NCBI GenBank assembly: GCA_021818905.1
Contig: JAKASS010000002.1
Location: forward strand, 24,142-88,141
Length of the DNA: 64,000 nt
Direction of reading: 5' to 3'
From: Nanobdellota archaeon
GTDB taxonomy: Archaea; Nanobdellota; Nanobdellia; Parvarchaeales; Parvarchaeaceae
Part shown: positions 10,671-21,615 of the stretch, one piece after another
How positions within the stretch are numbered: position 1 is the first letter of the stretch
Layout of the letters: each line of letters starts with the position of its first letter
Translations under genes and position numbers: made by a program
Notes under the pieces: generated by a model
Seen by the model: the letters and a program-made list of their open reading frames with translations, nothing else
Told to the model about the DNA's origin: nothing
Database searches by the model: none

Positions 10671-10795
10671 TCAACTTTAATAAAATCTGTCTATTTAAAT
10701 GTTTCTATAACTAAGACTAAAGATGGCCCTTTTATTGGTTTAACGGTATTTCAATAAAACTCATAAAAGTCCATATTAACTAATAATTATAAGGT

Positions 10796-12685
10796 ATGGA
10801 TAACAAATTACACGTTCTTTCAAAAAACGGGGCATTTTTATTTAGATTCAATGATGGTGAATTTGGATCAAAATGGTGCGGTTTATGGAAGAAGTCTACA
10901 AAATATTTTGATTATTTTGCGTTTAAAATAAATGGAGAATATTTAAATCCTGGAAACTTAAAATCTTTTGATTTTTATAATTCGCAATTAGCCAGGCATA
11001 CTTTTTCATGTAAAAATCTAACCATAACCGAGGATGTTGTTTGTTTGGATGATGCTATAATAATAACTATAAAATCTGATTTGAATTTTAGACTAGACGT
11101 GGAGGTGGGCGTTAATATAAGAGATAGATCAGAAAATTATACAAAAGGCAAAAGGTATGCTTTAAGCCAAGAAAATAAAAAATTAAGTGTCTCTTATGGT
11201 GCAAAAACTGCTTATATTATATTCGATACTGGCAGCTTTACAAAAAACGAATATTATGGCATACATTCACCAGGACAGTATTCTATAGAAAAGGGCTTTA
11301 GTAAATATCTTGACGACGGTTCTATAGAGAATAAATATGTACCGGGAACGATAGTCGCCGATATTCCCAAAAATGGCGAATTTAATCTAATCCTATCAAT
11401 AAGAGATCTAGACAATGAAAGCATTCATAAGATTATAAAAAATAGCGTCTTTTCTGTTAAGCAATATGAAGAAATAATCAATAGCGTATGCAATTATTAC
11501 GGCGATATAAATTTAATAAACAAAAATTTTTTAAAGGATATCTTAGATGCTACATATTCATATGCTAACCTGATAGAAAAGGAGATTTATGCCGGGTTTC
11601 CTTACTTCAATGAATTTTGGACTAGAGATGCTCTTCTTGTTCTCCCGTCTTTCTTATCCTTGAATAACCCGATATTTGTAAAAGATATTCTCAAAAAGAT
11701 CGCTTACAATAGTGGCAACATAGGAATTCCAAATGTTTTTGAAAGCAATCTCAAACCGCTTGATGCACCTGCTCTTTTCTTGATAACTTTGCATGAATAT
11801 TTTATGTGGACAAACGATAAAGCGATTTTGCTAGAATTGGCTGATTTTATAAGAGGTCTAATAAAAAATGGACTTTCTTACCTAGAAAATGGACTAATAC
11901 ACGATAACGGAAGGGCATCTTGGATGGATTCTATAGACAGAGAATACTCTATAGAGGTACAGGCTCTTTGGGAAAAGGCATTAAAAGATGGCGTAGATAT
12001 CTTAAATTTTTTAGAAGATGACACAAGTGACCTGATAGCAATTGCAAGAAATTTACACATTAGATTCTCTGCTTATAAGAGAGGCAGTTATTTCTCTGAT
12101 CAGCTTGGCAAAGATATAAATTCCGGAAATCAAATAATCCCTGCATTTTTAAAAATAATCGAAAACGATGACGCGAAAATAATATTAAAGAATGCTGAAG
12201 AAAAGCTTCTTTCGGAATTCGGGGTCTTAAGCGTTGCAAAAGATGACCCAACATATAATTTTAATGGCTATCAAAATGGCGCGATTTGGCCATTGCTCAC
12301 CGCTATGCTTGCTGGTGCAGCCTATTGGTATGGAAACGAAAACCTAGGCAAAAAGTGTCTTAGCATCCTAAGAGAGAAAAATCTTTCTGCTCAATGTTCT
12401 TCTAGAATAAATGAGATATTCCAACCGGATGGGATACCAAAGGGCTGTCCTTCCCAGGCGTGGTCAATAGGACTTATTCCTCAAATCTTAGACAAGCATG
12501 TCTTGGGAATAGGCATGGACGCCCCGCATAGGATGATAAAAATAAGGGCCCCAATAAAAGGAATTAAAGTCGAACGAATACTATTCGTAGAAAACCAAGA
12601 GATTAAATTGAGCTTTCTAGACGGGGCGGTTTTCTCAAATAAAGCTATTACTGAATCTGAGGACGGTTTTATTATAAGTTTTTAA
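10796..12685 (+). CDS. amylo-alpha-1,6-glucosidase / glycogen-debranching-enzyme-like (alpha/alpha-toroid glycoside hydrolase, GDE_C type)
   Basis: 629 aa; motifs NEFWTRDA (FGRD-like) and GAIWPLLTAMLAGAAYWYG characteristic of GDE_C family. Confidence 0.55.
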   Translation: MDNKLHVLSKNGAFLFRFNDGEFGSKWCGLWKKSTKYFDYFAFKINGEYLNPGNLKSFDFYNSQLARHTFSCKNLTITEDVVCLDDAIIITIKSDLNFRLDVEVGVNIRDRSENYTKGKRYALSQENKKLSVSYGAKTAYIIFDTGSFTKNEYYGIHSPGQYSIEKGFSKYLDDGSIENKYVPGTIVADIPKNGEFNLILSIRDLDNESIHKIIKNSVFSVKQYEEIINSVCNYYGDINLINKNFLKDILDATYSYANLIEKEIYAGFPYFNEFWTRDALLVLPSFLSLNNPIFVKDILKKIAYNSGNIGIPNVFESNLKPLDAPALFLITLHEYFMWTNDKAILLELADFIRGLIKNGLSYLENGLIHDNGRASWMDSIDREYSIEVQALWEKALKDGVDILNFLEDDTSDLIAIARNLHIRFSAYKRGSYFSDQLGKDINSGNQIIPAFLKIIENDDAKIILKNAEEKLLSEFGVLSVAKDDPTYNFNGYQNGAIWPLLTAMLAGAAYWYGNENLGKKCLSILREKNLSAQCSSRINEIFQPDGIPKGCPSQAWSIGLIPQILDKHVLGIGMDAPHRMIKIRAPIKGIKVERILFVENQEIKLSFLDGAVFSNKAITESEDGFIISF

Positions 12686-13234
12686 TTACTGCTTTACTTT
12701 ATTTAAAATACTTTTCAATTGTTTTGACAATTCATCGATGTCTAAATTGTTTAAAATATAATAATCGGAGGTTGCTATAACATCTGCTATACCGTATTTA
12801 AGCTCCTGCGCTTCACGCCACTCAAATTCGCTGAATTCAGTAACATCACTAGAATTATGGCGCTTCTTTATCCTTTCAAATCTTATCCGTTTGTCTGTCA
12901 TTATAGCGATAGAAACTGGGTGGTAGCCGTCTTTCTTTAGTCTCTCTATCTCTCCAATGTTTCTCACGCCATCTAATACGACCAAGTCACTAGTCTTGAA
13001 TGCATTATCAATTTCTTTCTTTACAAGATTTAATACGTAGTATCTCGATATTTCTCTTATCTTCAGAACATATTTTCTAAGGGAAACGTTATTTATCTCT
13101 AGACCTTTTTCGGTCATCTCTTTTCTAACTGCGTCTCCCATCCGTATGGATCTTAAACCTTCAGATTTAAGTAAATCTACGGCAGTAGATTTTCCGCTGC
13201 CTGGCATACCGGTTATTGCAATTACCAATTTCAT
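12686..13234 (-). CDS. UPF0200-type P-loop nucleotide kinase (dephospho-CoA-kinase-like)
   Basis: 182 aa; Walker A ITGMPGSGKST followed by MGD..R motif as in archaeal UPF0200 proteins. Confidence 0.55.
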   Translation of the reverse strand: MKLVIAITGMPGSGKSTAVDLLKSEGLRSIRMGDAVRKEMTEKGLEINNVSLRKYVLKIREISRYYVLNLVKKEIDNAFKTSDLVVLDGVRNIGEIERLKKDGYHPVSIAIMTDKRIRFERIKKRHNSSDVTEFSEFEWREAQELKYGIADVIATSDYYILNNLDIDELSKQLKSILNKVKQ

Positions 13235-13809
13235 ATCAGACTACCTATGGAGTATAATATATATTTAGGATATCCTAAGTAAGGCATCACAGTTTCAACT
13301 TCGCCAATTACTGCACTATATGGTATATCAATTTCAAATGGTAATGAAGCTGGATTTGCATCGCCTTTGGTAGTATAATAATATGTATCGTTTACTATCG
13401 TTTCGTTTATTACTCTATGTATAATCTGTTCCGTAATGCCTTCGTAAGTGGCGGTGTAGATTATAATGTCGCCTACTTTTATCTGATTAGCGGGCACCTT
13501 ATATGCTATCACCAGTGATCCTATATTTATGCCATTTTGGAAAGGCCATGCACTTGTTACTGAAGAATTAAAACCATTCTGAGTGAGCCATTCATAGTAG
13601 GTTAACTGTATAGTCGGCCCATTATGTTCCATGCTACCAGAAACGACCGCGCTTATATAAGAAACTGGCGTAAAGGCATAAACTGACGGCAAGGCTACGT
13701 AAACGAACAGCAAGTATATTATTACTATATATAAAATTATAGAATAATATTTTTCGCCGGAAAAAAGATCCTTTAGTAAAGCTTTTATTTTACTTCTCTT
13801 TTTTTTCAT
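13231..13809 (-). CDS. signal peptidase I, archaeal Sec11 type
   Basis: 192 aa; N-terminal TM anchor, catalytic Ser box VVSGSMEH (SGSMEP-type). Confidence 0.7.
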   Translation of the reverse strand: MKKKRSKIKALLKDLFSGEKYYSIILYIVIIYLLFVYVALPSVYAFTPVSYISAVVSGSMEHNGPTIQLTYYEWLTQNGFNSSVTSAWPFQNGINIGSLVIAYKVPANQIKVGDIIIYTATYEGITEQIIHRVINETIVNDTYYYTTKGDANPASLPFEIDIPYSAVIGEVETVMPYLGYPKYILYSIGSLI

Positions 13810-13830
13810 ACCTTCTTATTGAATTTGGGA

Positions 13831-14103
13831 TTAGAATAATCCAAGTAACTGCTTCTTTGCAGTTTTAAGGTCTTCTTCTGTTTTTTCTAATACTTTCTTA
13901 AAAACTTTCTCGACGTCTTTTTCGTCTGTTTTTATCACGAATACTGAAGACTTGTCTAGCGGATGTTCTATAACAAACCCCGCAAAGCTTACTCCGGATA
14001 CAGAATCTGCCTCTTCCTTGAGTAGATTTAAAACTGATTGCGAACCGCCTTTAACTCGGAACTTTATTGAAGAATCTGTCTTTTCCAAAACCTTAATTTC
14101 CAT
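13831..14103 (-). CDS. rpoL: DNA-directed RNA polymerase subunit L (Rpo11)
   Basis: 90 aa; MEIKVLEKTD...FRVKGG...LLKEE...VSFAGFVIEHPL matches RpoL/Rpb11 pattern. Confidence 0.7.
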   Translation of the reverse strand: MEIKVLEKTDSSIKFRVKGGSQSVLNLLKEEADSVSGVSFAGFVIEHPLDKSSVFVIKTDEKDVEKVFKKVLEKTEEDLKTAKKQLLGLF

Positions 14104-14169
14104 CTATTTTATATGTCTTTATCCCTTTTTAATAGTTTCTCTATGATATTGATTTGTTTGCTTGAATTT

Positions 14170-16434
14170 TTATTCGCACTTAGTGTAACCACAATTTTTG
14201 CATATGTAACATCCATTTTCGAATATTAGCGTATGCTGTTGGCAAGATGGACATGTATTCGATTTTATGCTCGCATCTCCATCTATTGCACTATGCAGCG
14301 TTGCATTTGGCGAATTAACGTCTCTCTTCTTCATCACAAGTTCTATACTCTTGGCTATTGCATCTGGGACAGATAAAAGCTGTATTCCATTGAACCAGGT
14401 TGAATTACCGCCTTTTATCCCCCTAAGAGTCCTAACTATCCTAGCGGCATTTCCGCCGGATTGTAAGTATACGCTTATTAAGCGACCTATCGCCTCGGTA
14501 TAGCTCTTTTCAGTTTCTCCTGAGCGACCCATGCTTATGAAAACCTCTTTTATTTCGTCTTTTTCGTTTTTATTTATCGTTACATAAAGGTTGCCCTGTG
14601 GGGTTGGAAGTTTTATTGTCGTTCCAGTCATCATATATGGTCTTTCTTCTTCGACGGTTATTTTTTCTTTGTCCTTTTCGATCTCATCTGTGGCCTTAAG
14701 AATATCCCGCTTAGAGCCCCCTCTGTACACCGTTATAGATTTGCAGCCCAGCTTCCAAGCATATAAGTATATCTTGTTAACGGTCTCTCTGTCTGCTGAA
14801 CTCTCTAGATTTACAGTAGAAGATATGGAAGAGTCTATATGTTTTTGGATAGTTGCTTGCATCTTTACTCTGAAGAACGGGTCTATTTTGTGAGACACAA
14901 TGAACTGGGGCGGCAGCGATTTCGTATCTTTTACCGCAAGAGTCTCCATATATGTTTTGACAAACGGATCTGAAACTTCAAAATTCTCGGCAGAAAGCGA
15001 TTCAGATCTTCTGATATAACTCAAAGCGTATATTGGTTCCACGCCGCCACTTACACCGGCCATCGTAGAAATGGAACCAGTTGGCGCTATTGTTAGAATA
15101 CAACAGTTCCTCAAACCTACACTTGATATCTTCTTCTTCAAAGTTTCTGGAAGCCGTTTTACAAAATCTCTTTCTAAGTGTTTAGTTTTATTAAACCCCT
15201 TAAATGAACCTTTTATAGCTGCTATGTTAGAACTTTCATCATAAGCTATTTCTTTTATCCTCTTAAATAAATCGTCTGCAAATGCTATCGCTTCTTCTGA
15301 GTCGTATTTTATATTCATGTCTATGAACATGTTTGCTAGCCCCATAACGCCCAATCCTATCCTCCTAGCGTACATCGTTTCCTCGGATTGGGACTTCAAA
15401 GCATGTCTTGAATAGCTATAATCTAGAACATTGTCCAAAAACCTTACTGCATATCGTATCGCTTTTTCTAGATTTTCCCAATCAACCTTTGGATTTTTAG
15501 TAAATGACTGTAGAACAAATTTATTAAGGTTTATAGCACCTAAATCGCAGGCCCCATAATTTTCTAAAGGCTGTTCTGCGCACGGGTTCGTAGAACGTAC
15601 TACCATCTTTTCATCGTACTCTGTAGGCGATTCTCTTTTAATCCTGTCCCAGAACATTATCCCTGGATCTCCAGTATTTAGTGCAGTATCTATAATTTTA
15701 TTCCAAAGTTCTCTGGCATGTATCGTTTTTCTTTTTTCTACCTTATCATTCTTAAAATGAAGTTCGTAGTCATCGCCTCTTTCTACGGCCTGCATAAAAT
15801 CATCATAAACCTTTACACTTATGTTTGCAAACCGTACACTTACTTTATCACTTTTTACTGTAACAAATTCCTCTATGTCTGGGTGATGGACGTCCATTGT
15901 TATCATTAAAGCCCCTCTTCTCCCAATTTGCCCTATTATTCCAGTGGTAACCGAATAAAGTTCCATGAACGAAACCGCGCCGGTTGTAAACCTTGCTGCA
16001 TTATTTACGGGCGTGCCTTTTGGCCTAAGGACAGATATGTCGATTCCAACTCCGCCCCCGTAAGAATAAGTTTTTGCCATCTCCTTAGCACATTCATATA
16101 TGCCTTCTATCGAATCTTCCTTTAGTGGCAGATAATAGCAATTTAAAAGAGAAACGTTTCTATTAGAACCTGCACCGAATAGGATTCTGCCGCCCGGCAC
16201 AAATTTAAAATCCTCTAGCAACCAAGAAAATTTCTTTTCAAATTCTTTTTTCTTATCATCTGAGTCTTCTACGCTTGCAATTGCTTTAGCGACACGTTTC
16301 CACATTTGGGCAGGTGTCTTTTCTAATGCTTTGCTGTCTAATGTTCCCAAAGCGTATTTCTCATAGAAGATTCTTGCTTGTAATTCATCATTTTTAAAAA
16401 AACCTAAAGTTTCTTTAGGCAACTCAATTGGCAT
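14170..16434 (-). CDS. nrdJ: ribonucleoside-triphosphate/diphosphate reductase, class II (adenosylcobalamin-dependent)
   Basis: 754 aa; RNR active-site motif STNPCAEQPL, C-terminal Cys-rich zinc ribbon; GGAGG Shine-Dalgarno 3 nt upstream of start. Confidence 0.85.
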   Translation of the reverse strand: MPIELPKETLGFFKNDELQARIFYEKYALGTLDSKALEKTPAQMWKRVAKAIASVEDSDDKKKEFEKKFSWLLEDFKFVPGGRILFGAGSNRNVSLLNCYYLPLKEDSIEGIYECAKEMAKTYSYGGGVGIDISVLRPKGTPVNNAARFTTGAVSFMELYSVTTGIIGQIGRRGALMITMDVHHPDIEEFVTVKSDKVSVRFANISVKVYDDFMQAVERGDDYELHFKNDKVEKRKTIHARELWNKIIDTALNTGDPGIMFWDRIKRESPTEYDEKMVVRSTNPCAEQPLENYGACDLGAINLNKFVLQSFTKNPKVDWENLEKAIRYAVRFLDNVLDYSYSRHALKSQSEETMYARRIGLGVMGLANMFIDMNIKYDSEEAIAFADDLFKRIKEIAYDESSNIAAIKGSFKGFNKTKHLERDFVKRLPETLKKKISSVGLRNCCILTIAPTGSISTMAGVSGGVEPIYALSYIRRSESLSAENFEVSDPFVKTYMETLAVKDTKSLPPQFIVSHKIDPFFRVKMQATIQKHIDSSISSTVNLESSADRETVNKIYLYAWKLGCKSITVYRGGSKRDILKATDEIEKDKEKITVEEERPYMMTGTTIKLPTPQGNLYVTINKNEKDEIKEVFISMGRSGETEKSYTEAIGRLISVYLQSGGNAARIVRTLRGIKGGNSTWFNGIQLLSVPDAIAKSIELVMKKRDVNSPNATLHSAIDGDASIKSNTCPSCQQHTLIFENGCYICKNCGYTKCE

Positions 16435-17100
16435 TCATCCTCCTTATTATTTACAGTAAGTTGTTGGCTGTTTTTAAACCTAACTGAACAAAAATACAAT
16501 AATTTATTCTGTAATGTCTTCTAGCGATATAACTCTAATGCAGGTCGGTTTCACGGGGTCACGTGTTCTATAGCAACGAATCCTTTTATTCCATAGTTCA
16601 TCTGAAATTTTCAGTCTGCAGAAGCTTATTATATTCTCTTCTGTTGGTTCTAAAGCAAAATTGAGTTCAAAAAGTTCCTTAAAATATTCCTTATAAAATT
16701 TTGCTTTATCTTGATTTTTGGAATTCCGCGCGGCGAGTAGCGCTTGGTCAAAATCCTTTCTATTTGAGTGGCATCATCCAATTTTGCTTCTAAAAGCACA
16801 GTCTGATTGGTCCAGAATTCCTCCGAATAAATGCCATTGTTAATCAGTTTCTTAACGAGACGTATTCCTTCGAGCGAGTTTAGACATACAAAATTTGGAT
16901 TGCCTTTTATTCCGTAATATATATTTTACATATCTGTATAGACGGGCGGTTTTAAACCCTCACTTAAAATCGAGGAAAGGCATTGCCTTTTTGTTGCATG
17001 GTAATATGTTCCCATATTTTATTTACAGATAATTCTGATATAAAAAAGAACATGATGATGATACCGACGCACTTGAATATGACCTCACTGATTTTTAAAA

Positions 17101-18603
17101 ATAGGAGGTGATCCAGCCGCACGTTCCCGTACGGCTACCTTGTGGCGACTTAACCCTACTCACTGAGTCTAGATTCGGTTATCATTAATACGACAGTCTC
17201 ATCTAGATCCAACTTGTCTGGTTTGACGGGCAGTGTGTGCAAGGAGCAGGAAAGTATTCACCGCGCTTTGTTGAAACGCGGTTACTACGGATTCCGCCTT
17301 CACGAGGCCGAGTTACAGACCTCGATTCGAACTAGGATAAAGATTGTAGGATTGGCTTCTCCTTTCGGAGTTGCTTCCCATTGCCTTTACCATTGCAATT
17401 CGCGTGTAGCCCAGAAGATTAGGGTCATACTGACCTACCGTCGCCCTCACCTTCCTCTTTCTTTCGAAAGCAGTCTCCATATTTTGCTCGTTCATAACGG
17501 ATTACACGTTAGCAAATATGGAAGAGGGTCTTGTTAGTTACCCGACTTAACGGGACGTCTCAAGATACTAACTGATGATGGCCATGCAACACCTTTCAGC
17601 GTATTAGGCAAGTTCTTCAGACTGGCCTTCATCTTGCTGTCGCTTCTGGTAAGATTCCCGGAGTTGAATCCAATTGAACCGCAAATTTCACCCGTTTTTG
17701 TGCTCCCCCGCCAATTCCTTTAAGTTTCGACCTTGCGATTATACTCCCCAAGTGGCTTACTTAACGCCTTCGCTGTCACACTGCATTTCCTCAAGGAAAT
17801 GCAACGTATAGTAAGCAGCGTTTACTGCTAGGGCTACCCGGGTATCTAATCCGGTTCGTTCTCCTAGCCTTCGTCCCTCACCGTCAGGTCCGTTCTGGGA
17901 ATGCGCCTTCGCCACTGGTGGTCTTTTCCAGATTAAAGGATTTTACTCCTACCTAGAAAGTTCCCATTCCCCCTCCCGGCCTCTAGTCTGAAAGTATTCA
18001 TACCATATTGTCCAGTTAAACTGAACGATTTAAGCACGAACTATTCAAACCAGCTACGAACGCTTTAGACTCAATAATAATGGTCACCACTCGAGCGACG
18101 GGTATTACCGCGGCTGCTGGCACCCGTTTGCCCCGCTCTTATTCGCCATGCCATTTAAAAACATGGCAAAAGTTCCTTCTTAAAAAGAAGAAACACTTGG
18201 GATCCCCCTATCACACTTTCGTGCATTGTAGAGTTTTCGGGACTGCTGCACACCGTAGCGCTAGGGTCCTTGTCTCAGTACCCTTCTTGGGGAAACCACT
18301 TCCATGGCCCCTACTGATTTTAGATTTGGTGAGCCGTTACCTCACCAACAGTCTAATCAGGCATAGACCGATCGTAATGCGATTTATAACGGTAATAGTC
18401 ATAAACCTTTCACAATAAAATCGTTTCAGAAACTATTGCTATGGAGTATTAACCTCAGTTTCCCGAAGATATTCTCCTCATTACGGTACGTTATCTATGT
18501 GTTGCCTAAGCCGTACGCTATCAACCCTTACCGGGCAGATAAAACTTGCATGTCTCATTCGAATCCCAATAGCAGTGACCTCCAGCAGGATCAACTGGAA
18601 TTG
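17101..18603 (-). rRNA. rrs: 16S ribosomal RNA (unlinked, no adjacent 23S/5S)
   Basis: Minus strand: 5' end ATTCCAGTTGATCCTGCTGGAGG (revcomp of 18581..18603), 515-region GTGCCAGCAGCCGCGG (18105..18122 revcomp), 1390-region, 3' end GGATCACCTCCT (revcomp of 17103..17114). Confidence 0.9.
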
Positions 18604-18877
18604 TGCGTCGATATCATCATACATGAATATGAATTCTTGCACTCATTTCTCTCATCTGCTTATTTCTAAGCATCGAACTTATTTGTAGTCTACTATATGA
18701 AAATCGCGTCTTCACAGCACCTTTTTAGGCACTCTGGCGCATCCGGGATATTGTAGACGATTACTTATTGAGAACGAACAGCTTTAAATACTTTTTTGGG
18801 CAGTAAAATTTATTTTTGTTATAATATTATATGTTATACTCTAAGTTATCGCAGAAATATTTTGTTATAAATGGGTC

Positions 18878-19213
18878 TCATTGCTCTTTAGATTCTGAGT
18901 TTGTATCTGTTGATTTATCCAAATCGTCACCTTCAATAACTTCTACATTTATTCTAAATGGCTTTGAGCCAAAAGTTCCAAGTTCTGCTGAAGCATATGG
19001 CAAGGTGTAAGCGCCTGCCGCTTGTACCATATCTAAGTCGTAAGGCAATATTTTTGAATAGCTTATTTTTTGTGAATACCCCTCTTGTATTCCACTCATA
19101 AGCGCATGCGATTTTTCAGTTTCTAAAATAGAGAAGCCAATTACAACTCTAGAAATGGTTTTTCCCAATTTACCTTCTAGCTTGTCTTTTCCCATATCGT
19201 ACTTTATAGACAT
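18878..19213 (-). CDS. hypothetical protein
   Basis: 111 aa ORF with acidic C-terminus; no recognisable motif. Confidence 0.3.
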   Translation of the reverse strand: MSIKYDMGKDKLEGKLGKTISRVVIGFSILETEKSHALMSGIQEGYSQKISYSKILPYDLDMVQAAGAYTLPYASAELGTFGSKPFRINVEVIEGDDLDKSTDTNSESKEQ

Positions 19214-19313
19214 TCATTGTTTATAAGTGTTTATTTTACAGTAGTTAATACAAAAATTATGCTAATCTTTCATTTTTGGATAGTATTTTATAATACATTA
19301 ACCGTAAATTTTA

Positions 19314-19865
19314 ATGCGACGCTTTATTCTGTATTCAAGGATAGGGTATACGGGGCCATTCAGAGGCTCATTGTTAGATGCCGGTAGACTTGACACGGTT
19401 TATCAATGTATTTTGACTTCTCTTTTCGTATCACACGGAATAAGGCGCGACGTAGAATTTCACGTATTCCTATACGGAAAACCAAATCCGCCACTTCACT
19501 TAACTGTAGACGGAAGGGCCTTACATGATGTAAGAATCGATGAGAACACCTGGAAAGACATATTGAATAAAGTACTGAGCGGGGGTGCTCACCCGGGTAT
19601 CAGCATTTCTAAGGAAGGGATAGAAACTTATACCAAACTGCTTAAAGAGAAATATATATTGAGTGAAAAAGGCGAGGACATAGCTACAGTCACTTTTGGA
19701 GACCCTACTTTTTTTGTCGGAGACCATGTCGGATTGCCCAAAAAATTTGAGGACTCGTTATCAAAAAACGGCGCTAAAAAAATATCAATCGGCCATGAAA
19801 GATATCTTGCGGCTTCTGCGCTAGACATAACGAATTATGTACTTGACGAAAAAGGGGTAATATAA
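19314..19865 (+). CDS. trmY: tRNA (pseudouridine54-N1)-methyltransferase TrmY (SPOUT, DUF358)
   Basis: 183 aa; GRLDTVYQCILTSLFVSHGIRRDVEFHVFLYGKPNPP closely parallels Methanocaldococcus TrmY GRLDLLCRCV...HDIRRDVVFY..LYGQPNPP. Confidence 0.7.
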   Translation: MRRFILYSRIGYTGPFRGSLLDAGRLDTVYQCILTSLFVSHGIRRDVEFHVFLYGKPNPPLHLTVDGRALHDVRIDENTWKDILNKVLSGGAHPGISISKEGIETYTKLLKEKYILSEKGEDIATVTFGDPTFFVGDHVGLPKKFEDSLSKNGAKKISIGHERYLAASALDITNYVLDEKGVI

Positions 19866-19882
19866 GTTCTGACGTGCGTAGA

Positions 19883-20311
19883 CTAACGAATAAGGCCTTC
19901 TACTTCCTTTTTTATATTTAGCCGTATGTATTCGGCCTGCTTATCACTTTCGTAAAGATGCCTTGGCCACATAAAACCTTTTAGCCCATCCCCTTTGTTT
20001 CTCGGTATTATATGTATATGCAGATGGGGCACGCTTTGACTGATCGTATTATTTATTATGATCAGAATGCCTTCCGAAGACATTGATTTCTTTACTGCTT
20101 CTGATAGAATTTTAGTATTTTTGAACAATTTTGATACCAGTTCATCCGGAACGTCCATTATCGTTTCAAAATGTTCCTTTGGTATGACCAAACAATGGCC
20201 ATAGAAGACTGGTTTATAATCCAGAAATGCAAACGTTGTCTCGTCCTCAAAAACGACATTCACGCTTTCCTCCCTCTTTACAAATGCGCAAAATTTACAA
20301 TCATATTCCAT
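19883..20311 (-). CDS. HIT-family hydrolase (Hint-like)
   Basis: 142 aa; histidine triad HLHIHIIP. Confidence 0.8.
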   Translation of the reverse strand: MEYDCKFCAFVKREESVNVVFEDETTFAFLDYKPVFYGHCLVIPKEHFETIMDVPDELVSKLFKNTKILSEAVKKSMSSEGILIIINNTISQSVPHLHIHIIPRNKGDGLKGFMWPRHLYESDKQAEYIRLNIKKEVEGLIR

Positions 20312-20430
20312 ATAGTTATTTGGCGCTGATTATTAATTAAGTTCTCCGCATCAAAAAGCTTGTATTATGTAAATTTACTACTAAACATTCGTATCAACAA
20401 GTATTAAAATAGGGTACTTCTTATAATTAC

Positions 20431-21612
20431 GTGGAAAAGCTGAAGATAGCGTTCTACACTGACAGCTATCTCCCCATAAAAGACGGTGTTACAAGGTATA
20501 TTGTAACAATGCGTAAAGAACTAGAGAGGCGGGGACATGAAGTCTTTGTAATAACAGCTGGAGACCAAAAGACCCAGGAATTAGCCGAAAATGATCCGCA
20601 TCTTATAGTGCTTAGGGGGATAAAATTTATAGACAACAAATCGATTTTGGCTCTTGACCCGACTGTGCTTTTGCAGGCGATAAATGGCAGAAATTTTGAT
20701 ATAATACATGCACAGAGCCCATTTTCTGTTGGTTTATCCGCTGCGTTTATATCTAAAATCACAAAAGCTAGGCTAGTTACTACTTTTCACACGCACTTTT
20801 TCCACAGGCTAGCACTTTCTAAGTACATATCCTATGTCTCGGGTTTTCTTTCTTCTAATCGGTTTTTGATTAAAATATCTAAATTCTTTATGGTGGGGTA
20901 TCTAAAACTATATTACTTTGGTTGTGATAAAGTGATTTCTCCATCGAAATTTGCTAAGAGACTCCTTCGAAGAAATGGTATAAAAAATGTAGAAGTTATC
21001 GAGAACGGCGTTGAGATAACAGATACGCTTAAAATAAGTAAAAACGAAGCCAGACAATTAATTGGGTTTTCAAAAAGGGATAGAATAATACTATACCTAG
21101 GAAGGGTAGATAAGGAGAAAAACTTAGAATTTCTCTTAAAGGCGGCTAGACCTCTTGCTAAAAAGGGCTTTAAGATAATAATTGCCGGGCGTGGGCCACA
21201 CCTTGACGAATACAGAAACAAGAGTATGATCATGGGGCTCGAAAATGTGTATTTCCCGGGTTTTATAAAAGAAGAAGAAAAAAGATATTATTACCGAGCA
21301 GCAGATATCTTCTGTAATCCTTCTACATTTGATACGGCATGTTTAGCTGATATAGAGGCAATGAACTTCAACCTACCGATACTTGTGCCGAAAATAGGCG
21401 CTCAGGCAGAGTTCCTTAAAAAAGGGAACGGCGGGGAAACATTTAGTACGAACAACATTTCTGAATTTGTTGTGAAGGCGATGAAAATAATTAAAAGTAA
21501 AAGACGTTATATCCCAAGATTTGTCGCCAGAAAATTCAACATAAAAGTTTCGGCTGATAAACTTATCGCACTTTACAAAAGAGTATTATCAAATAAGCAC
21601 ACTATTTTTTAA
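20431..21612 (+). CDS. GT4-family glycosyltransferase (paralog of 5718..6869)
   Basis: 393 aa; N-terminus MEKLKIAFYTDSYLPIKDGV...RKELERRGHEVFVITAG nearly collinear with the other GT4; C-terminal EAMNFNLPILVP. Confidence 0.8.
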   Translation: MEKLKIAFYTDSYLPIKDGVTRYIVTMRKELERRGHEVFVITAGDQKTQELAENDPHLIVLRGIKFIDNKSILALDPTVLLQAINGRNFDIIHAQSPFSVGLSAAFISKITKARLVTTFHTHFFHRLALSKYISYVSGFLSSNRFLIKISKFFMVGYLKLYYFGCDKVISPSKFAKRLLRRNGIKNVEVIENGVEITDTLKISKNEARQLIGFSKRDRIILYLGRVDKEKNLEFLLKAARPLAKKGFKIIIAGRGPHLDEYRNKSMIMGLENVYFPGFIKEEEKRYYYRAADIFCNPSTFDTACLADIEAMNFNLPILVPKIGAQAEFLKKGNGGETFSTNNISEFVVKAMKIIKSKRRYIPRFVARKFNIKVSADKLIALYKRVLSNKHTIF

Positions 21613-21615
21613 TAC

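Noticed and set aside
17051-17092. Box C/D sRNA candidate next to the 16S 3' end
   Set aside because: Box D' and C' are degenerate and the second guide region is too short; kept only as a low-interest note
17214-18688. Several ORFs (107, 60, 112, 77, 63 aa) called inside the 16S rRNA region
   Set aside because: Region is unambiguously rRNA (universal 16S motifs); ORFs are spurious
18604-18877. Possible 23S/5S or tRNA spacer adjacent to the 16S
   Set aside because: Sequence is AT-rich leader/promoter-like with no rRNA or tRNA structure
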